This document shows, one piece after another, positions 60,500 to 64,000 of a stretch of DNA of 64,000 bases. The translations under genes and the position numbers were made by a program. Each line of letters opens with the position of its first letter. Positions within the stretch are counted from its first letter, which is position 1. Below the pieces are notes generated by a model. It was not told the origin of the DNA and made no database searches. It saw only the letters and a list, made by a program, of their open reading frames with translations. The stretch lies in the IMG/VR virus record IMGVR_UViG_3300047994_000374, positions 248,001 through 312,000 of that record; one strand, written 5' to 3'.

Positions 60500-61747
60500 T
60501 TAATCAATAATTTTAATTGTTTTTGTTACGAAATCCATTGCAAATTCATCTCTAATACGAGCAAACAAAATCTGTAAATACCCTGAATCTTGCATTTGCT
60601 TAATGATTTCATCCATGGGTTGTTGCACTTGTGTTTGCGCTAAATTCTGCTTAATCACTTCAAATACTTCTTGATCACTTAATTGTGCTTCTGGCTCATC
60701 TTCCCGAATCTTATCAAGGATCAGAGATAGTTTAACATTTTTCTCTGCAATGTCAAGGAAGCGAACCTTATCTTCATCTGACATTGTAGCCCAATCCATT
60801 TTGCTTTTTTGTGCTAAATATTGCGCTTCTGACAGTGACATCCAATTAGGAACATCAACTGTATTATCAGCGACTAAACGATTAGCCACCGCTTCGTTAA
60901 TGGCCGCTTTCGCACTGTTCGCGGTTCGGGCAGAGGCGGTTGAAGCAACAAGGGCACGAAGTTCTTCGAATGTGCTCTTGCCCATGTGTTGCGCAAGTTC
61001 ATCATTGAGCGGGCATGGTGTTGATTTTGCGCCAGTTACAAGCTTTACTTTGAAATGAACGGTTTTTCCAGCAATAGAAGGAAGACCACCTGCAGGAACA
61101 ACAATATCAAACTCACGTTCCTCGTCAGTTTTCATTCCAAGCAAATTGTCATCAAATCCAACGACTTGATTTTTACCAACCGTAAGCATTTCTCCAGTTG
61201 CGCAAAGACTATCAACTTTCTCTCCATCAACTGATCCTTCAAAGTCAATTAAAAGATTATCTCCGGTTTGAACGAAATCGTCATTTGAAAATGGAGTAAC
61301 ATCTCCAAACTTGACGCGAAGTTCTTGGAGCATTTTTTCTGCCATTTCTTCGGATGACATTGGGTCAGCTGGTTTTGGAACTTCCATATTCTTAAAATCG
61401 GCAACTTCAAAATCTGGCTTGGTCAGCATTTCGAATTCACATGAAAACTTTCCACTTTCCATTTTAAGTGATTTGAATTGTGGGGTACCGTGAGCACGAA
61501 GCTTCTTTTCAAAGATAGTTTCATGGTAAGCCGTTTCTGCAAGGGCTCGTTTGGTAGCTTCATCGATTTGAGTTCGATAATGCATATTAATTGCTTCAAG
61601 AGGCGCTTTACCATCACGAAACCCCTTAACTGGAGCTTTCTTAAAGGTATTTAAAACCTCAGCCCGCTTTGCTTGAATTTCAGTAGAATCTGCTTCATAA
61701 TGAACTTTTAACTTACACTTTTCGATTTCTTGAACTTGAATTTCCAT
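60500..61747 (-). CDS. tig: Trigger factor
   Basis: Ribosome-binding signature GFRDGKAP; FKBP-like domain GD...IDFEG.VDG...GF...L.GMK. Confidence 0.93.
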   Translation of the reverse strand: MEIQVQEIEKCKLKVHYEADSTEIQAKRAEVLNTFKKAPVKGFRDGKAPLEAINMHYRTQIDEATKRALAETAYHETIFEKKLRAHGTPQFKSLKMESGKFSCEFEMLTKPDFEVADFKNMEVPKPADPMSSEEMAEKMLQELRVKFGDVTPFSNDDFVQTGDNLLIDFEGSVDGEKVDSLCATGEMLTVGKNQVVGFDDNLLGMKTDEEREFDIVVPAGGLPSIAGKTVHFKVKLVTGAKSTPCPLNDELAQHMGKSTFEELRALVASTASARTANSAKAAINEAVANRLVADNTVDVPNWMSLSEAQYLAQKSKMDWATMSDEDKVRFLDIAEKNVKLSLILDKIREDEPEAQLSDQEVFEVIKQNLAQTQVQQPMDEIIKQMQDSGYLQILFARIRDEFAMDFVTKTIKIID

Positions 61748-61759
61748 TGTCTTCCTTGT

Positions 61760-62545
61760 TTACCAGCTAACTTCGCCGAATGTTTTGTCAGGCTGAACTT
61801 TCTTTTTTCCTTCGTCGCAATGCTCTAAAAATTCACAAAAATTACACATGAAGGTCGGATTTGGTGTGAATTCTTTTTCAGTAAGCATTTGTTCCGCATA
61901 TTTTAAATACATATCTTTAACTGCTAAAATTTCATCGACATAAAAAGTTTTTGTGATATGTTCAAAATTATGTCGACATAAAATATATGACGCTCTAATT
62001 TCTTTGAGATCTGGGACTTTTTCTAAAATTACATAAGCATATGTTAATAGTTGAAACCAATCATCCTTTAAATACTTTTTGTTTTTAGTTGTTTTATAGT
62101 CGGCGATGTGTATTATATTATCATCATTCGTCTCTATTTTGTCAATCACTCCAACAACTTTTATTTTATTATCCAATATCAATTCAAAGTCTTGTTCACA
62201 TGCTAAAACGGTTGGGAGCTTATTATTCTTCTTTTGATCAATAAGAATTTTAAGATATTCTTGGCACATTCCAATGGCTTCTTGCTTCATTTCTGGAGTT
62301 AATTTTCCAGTAAATTCTTTTACAGATTCGTTGAAAGATTTTGACATAGCCTTGTGCATTGGAAATAAATAATCTTTCATGCACTCAATATGAAATAACT
62401 CAAGAATTCGATGACAAAATTTACCGTATTGATGATATTCAAATTCTTTACGGGGCATTTTAAGCACATAAGAGAACTCATATTGCTTTTTACAATTGGC
62501 AAATACTTTTGATTTTGATACACTTAATTTGAATAGATCGCTCAT
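61760..62545 (-). CDS. PD-(D/E)XK (RecB/Cas4-like) nuclease
   Basis: LSVS....F..C; G..CH..LE; GVIDKI...DYKT; QL..Y; C..C....C. Confidence 0.85.
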   Translation of the reverse strand: MSDLFKLSVSKSKVFANCKKQYEFSYVLKMPRKEFEYHQYGKFCHRILELFHIECMKDYLFPMHKAMSKSFNESVKEFTGKLTPEMKQEAIGMCQEYLKILIDQKKNNKLPTVLACEQDFELILDNKIKVVGVIDKIETNDDNIIHIADYKTTKNKKYLKDDWFQLLTYAYVILEKVPDLKEIRASYILCRHNFEHITKTFYVDEILAVKDMYLKYAEQMLTEKEFTPNPTFMCNFCEFLEHCDEGKKKVQPDKTFGEVSW

Positions 62546-62595
62546 TAATTTGGCTTCCGAATTTTACAATAGACTATATATCGAATGAAAATAAT

Positions 62596-63576
62596 TTAGA
62601 ACAACGATCTTCGTTGAAAGGCTACCCATTCAAATACTTTTCCACCCCAAGCGCTTGAACTTGTTGATAAATTCGTAACGGCATTAGGTCCTGGAGTATA
62701 CGGAGAGGTTGAGATCACCCATTTATTCGACCATGAATCTCTAAAATAAGACGTGAGCATTCCTGTTCTTGGATTGTATTCCGACCTTATGAATGTTCCG
62801 CTTGGTGGAATTCCTGAACCATCTGCATCAAATAATAAACTTCCGTCTCTTGATTTTTCTGGATCTTCAGTCGAAAAGAATTGACGATTGATCGTTGGAG
62901 GATCATTGGGATCCTCTTTTGTGAAATCTTGAAAAATAACCAAAGCCCTTGGATCAAACATATTGCTAAATTGTTGCGATTGGTTTGGAACTGGCGTTTC
63001 AGGCTTAAATGTAGTTGCGGCTGGCAAAGTCCCAATACCATTGCCTGTACGCCCCTCTGCATCGGTTGTAGTATAGGTTACTTCGTAATTCTGAGAGTTA
63101 TATGGTAAATTAGTAAAGTTAGTTGGGTAGCCATCTGCGTCGAATCCATTGGATATCGTTGGTAGAGTAGGATCATTGACCGTTATTCCGGAATCGGCGG
63201 GATTATTGTAATTGCCATTTGGGTAATTAGTGTTCGTACCAAAAGGATATAAATCTGGAATATTTACACCAACTGGAACATTACCTGATGAATGTGGTAA
63301 TCGTAAGCCGCCGTCTGTAATATCTGTTGTATAAATTTCGCTTAAAATAGCAGAAGAATCCGTTCCATTTGTCGCTAATGCTTGTAAATTAACAACTGGA
63401 CTATCTATAGGCAAAAAGATTGGTCCAGTATAAATGGTCGAAAAAAGGTTAGGAATCGTCCCATCTAGAGTATATAAAATAGTAGAGGGAACATTAGCAC
63501 TTAATGCTACAGTTTTTGGAATGCCAGAAACGATTTGGATGGCTGACTCAACAATAGAAATGCTTATAACTGCCAT
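62596..63576 (-). CDS. Protein with FN3-associated/chitobiase C-terminal-like domain
   Basis: ILYTLDGTIP....YTGPI motif. Confidence 0.65.
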   Translation of the reverse strand: MAVISISIVESAIQIVSGIPKTVALSANVPSTILYTLDGTIPNLFSTIYTGPIFLPIDSPVVNLQALATNGTDSSAILSEIYTTDITDGGLRLPHSSGNVPVGVNIPDLYPFGTNTNYPNGNYNNPADSGITVNDPTLPTISNGFDADGYPTNFTNLPYNSQNYEVTYTTTDAEGRTGNGIGTLPAATTFKPETPVPNQSQQFSNMFDPRALVIFQDFTKEDPNDPPTINRQFFSTEDPEKSRDGSLLFDADGSGIPPSGTFIRSEYNPRTGMLTSYFRDSWSNKWVISTSPYTPGPNAVTNLSTSSSAWGGKVFEWVAFQRRSLF

Positions 63577-63891
63577 TTAGACCGCTCTCAAAAACTTGTT
63601 ATTTGTTTTAGTTATTTGTTTTTTAATCATAATGCGGTGTATTTTGTGAGCAGCTTTGCGAAAAATTTTAGCGATATCCAAATGAATATCTTCACTTTCT
63701 CGACGATATAATATTAAAAACTTCTCGTAGTAATTTAAAAATTCAACATCAGGATAAATGCCCTTATAATCTTCTTTATCAATCGCAATCAATTTATTAA
63801 TGGCATAGGTTATCAAAAAGTTATAGAATTTTTCATTTCCAACTTTTTGATATTTTGGGATAAACTCTTTCTTTAATCCGTCCAAGTCCAT
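63577..63891 (-). CDS. Hypothetical protein
   Basis: 104 aa ORF. Confidence 0.6.
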   Translation of the reverse strand: MDLDGLKKEFIPKYQKVGNEKFYNFLITYAINKLIAIDKEDYKGIYPDVEFLNYYEKFLILYRRESEDIHLDIAKIFRKAAHKIHRIMIKKQITKTNNKFLRAV

Positions 63892-64000
63892 GTATAAATG
63901 CGATAATAACGATTATTTTATATTTGGTATGATTTTTGATAAAACTTCTTTTTCCAAATGCTGAATATCTTTTTCGTTATAGATAATTTGATCGAAATCT

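Noticed and set aside
61760-62545. Cas4 as part of a CRISPR-Cas system
   Set aside because: No cas1, cas2 or array; solo RecB/Cas4-like nucleases are common in phage replication modules.

Overview
64 kb of an AT-rich, large (jumbo-type) tailed-phage genome. Nearly all genes are on the minus strand; the only credible plus-strand gene is a TnpB. In transcription order (right to left) there is first a replication/recombination/chaperone block: PD-(D/E)XK nuclease, trigger factor, M41-like peptidase, DnaE split into two genes by a split intein plus a free-standing endonuclease, UvsY-like, RecA, SSB, RuvC-like, DnaJ, primase and a sigma-70 region-4 regulator. A ~40 kb head module follows: terminase with a class-3-type intein, portal, lytic transglycosylase, CX5R phosphatase, CCA-like nucleotidyltransferase, prohead protease-scaffold, many uncharacterised proteins sharing short motifs, decoration-like proteins and a major capsid protein split by a group I intron. 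The window ends with a LAGLIDADG-methyltransferase fusion and a long collagen-like fibre gene. Most notable: (1) the sigma-like gene is interrupted in its HTH by a 56-nt segment carrying a perfect 17-bp hairpin and flanked by matched codons, a candidate for ribosomal bypassing or another recoding switch; (2) about 20 head-module proteins share a K-x-[A/G/S] motif, a helical 'A..LD..G....A..I' module and a D-x-N-x-A motif, suggesting a capsid-targeting and proteolytic processing code; (3) two distinct candidate phage promoter motifs. All functional calls come from motif recognition by eye; no searches were run.
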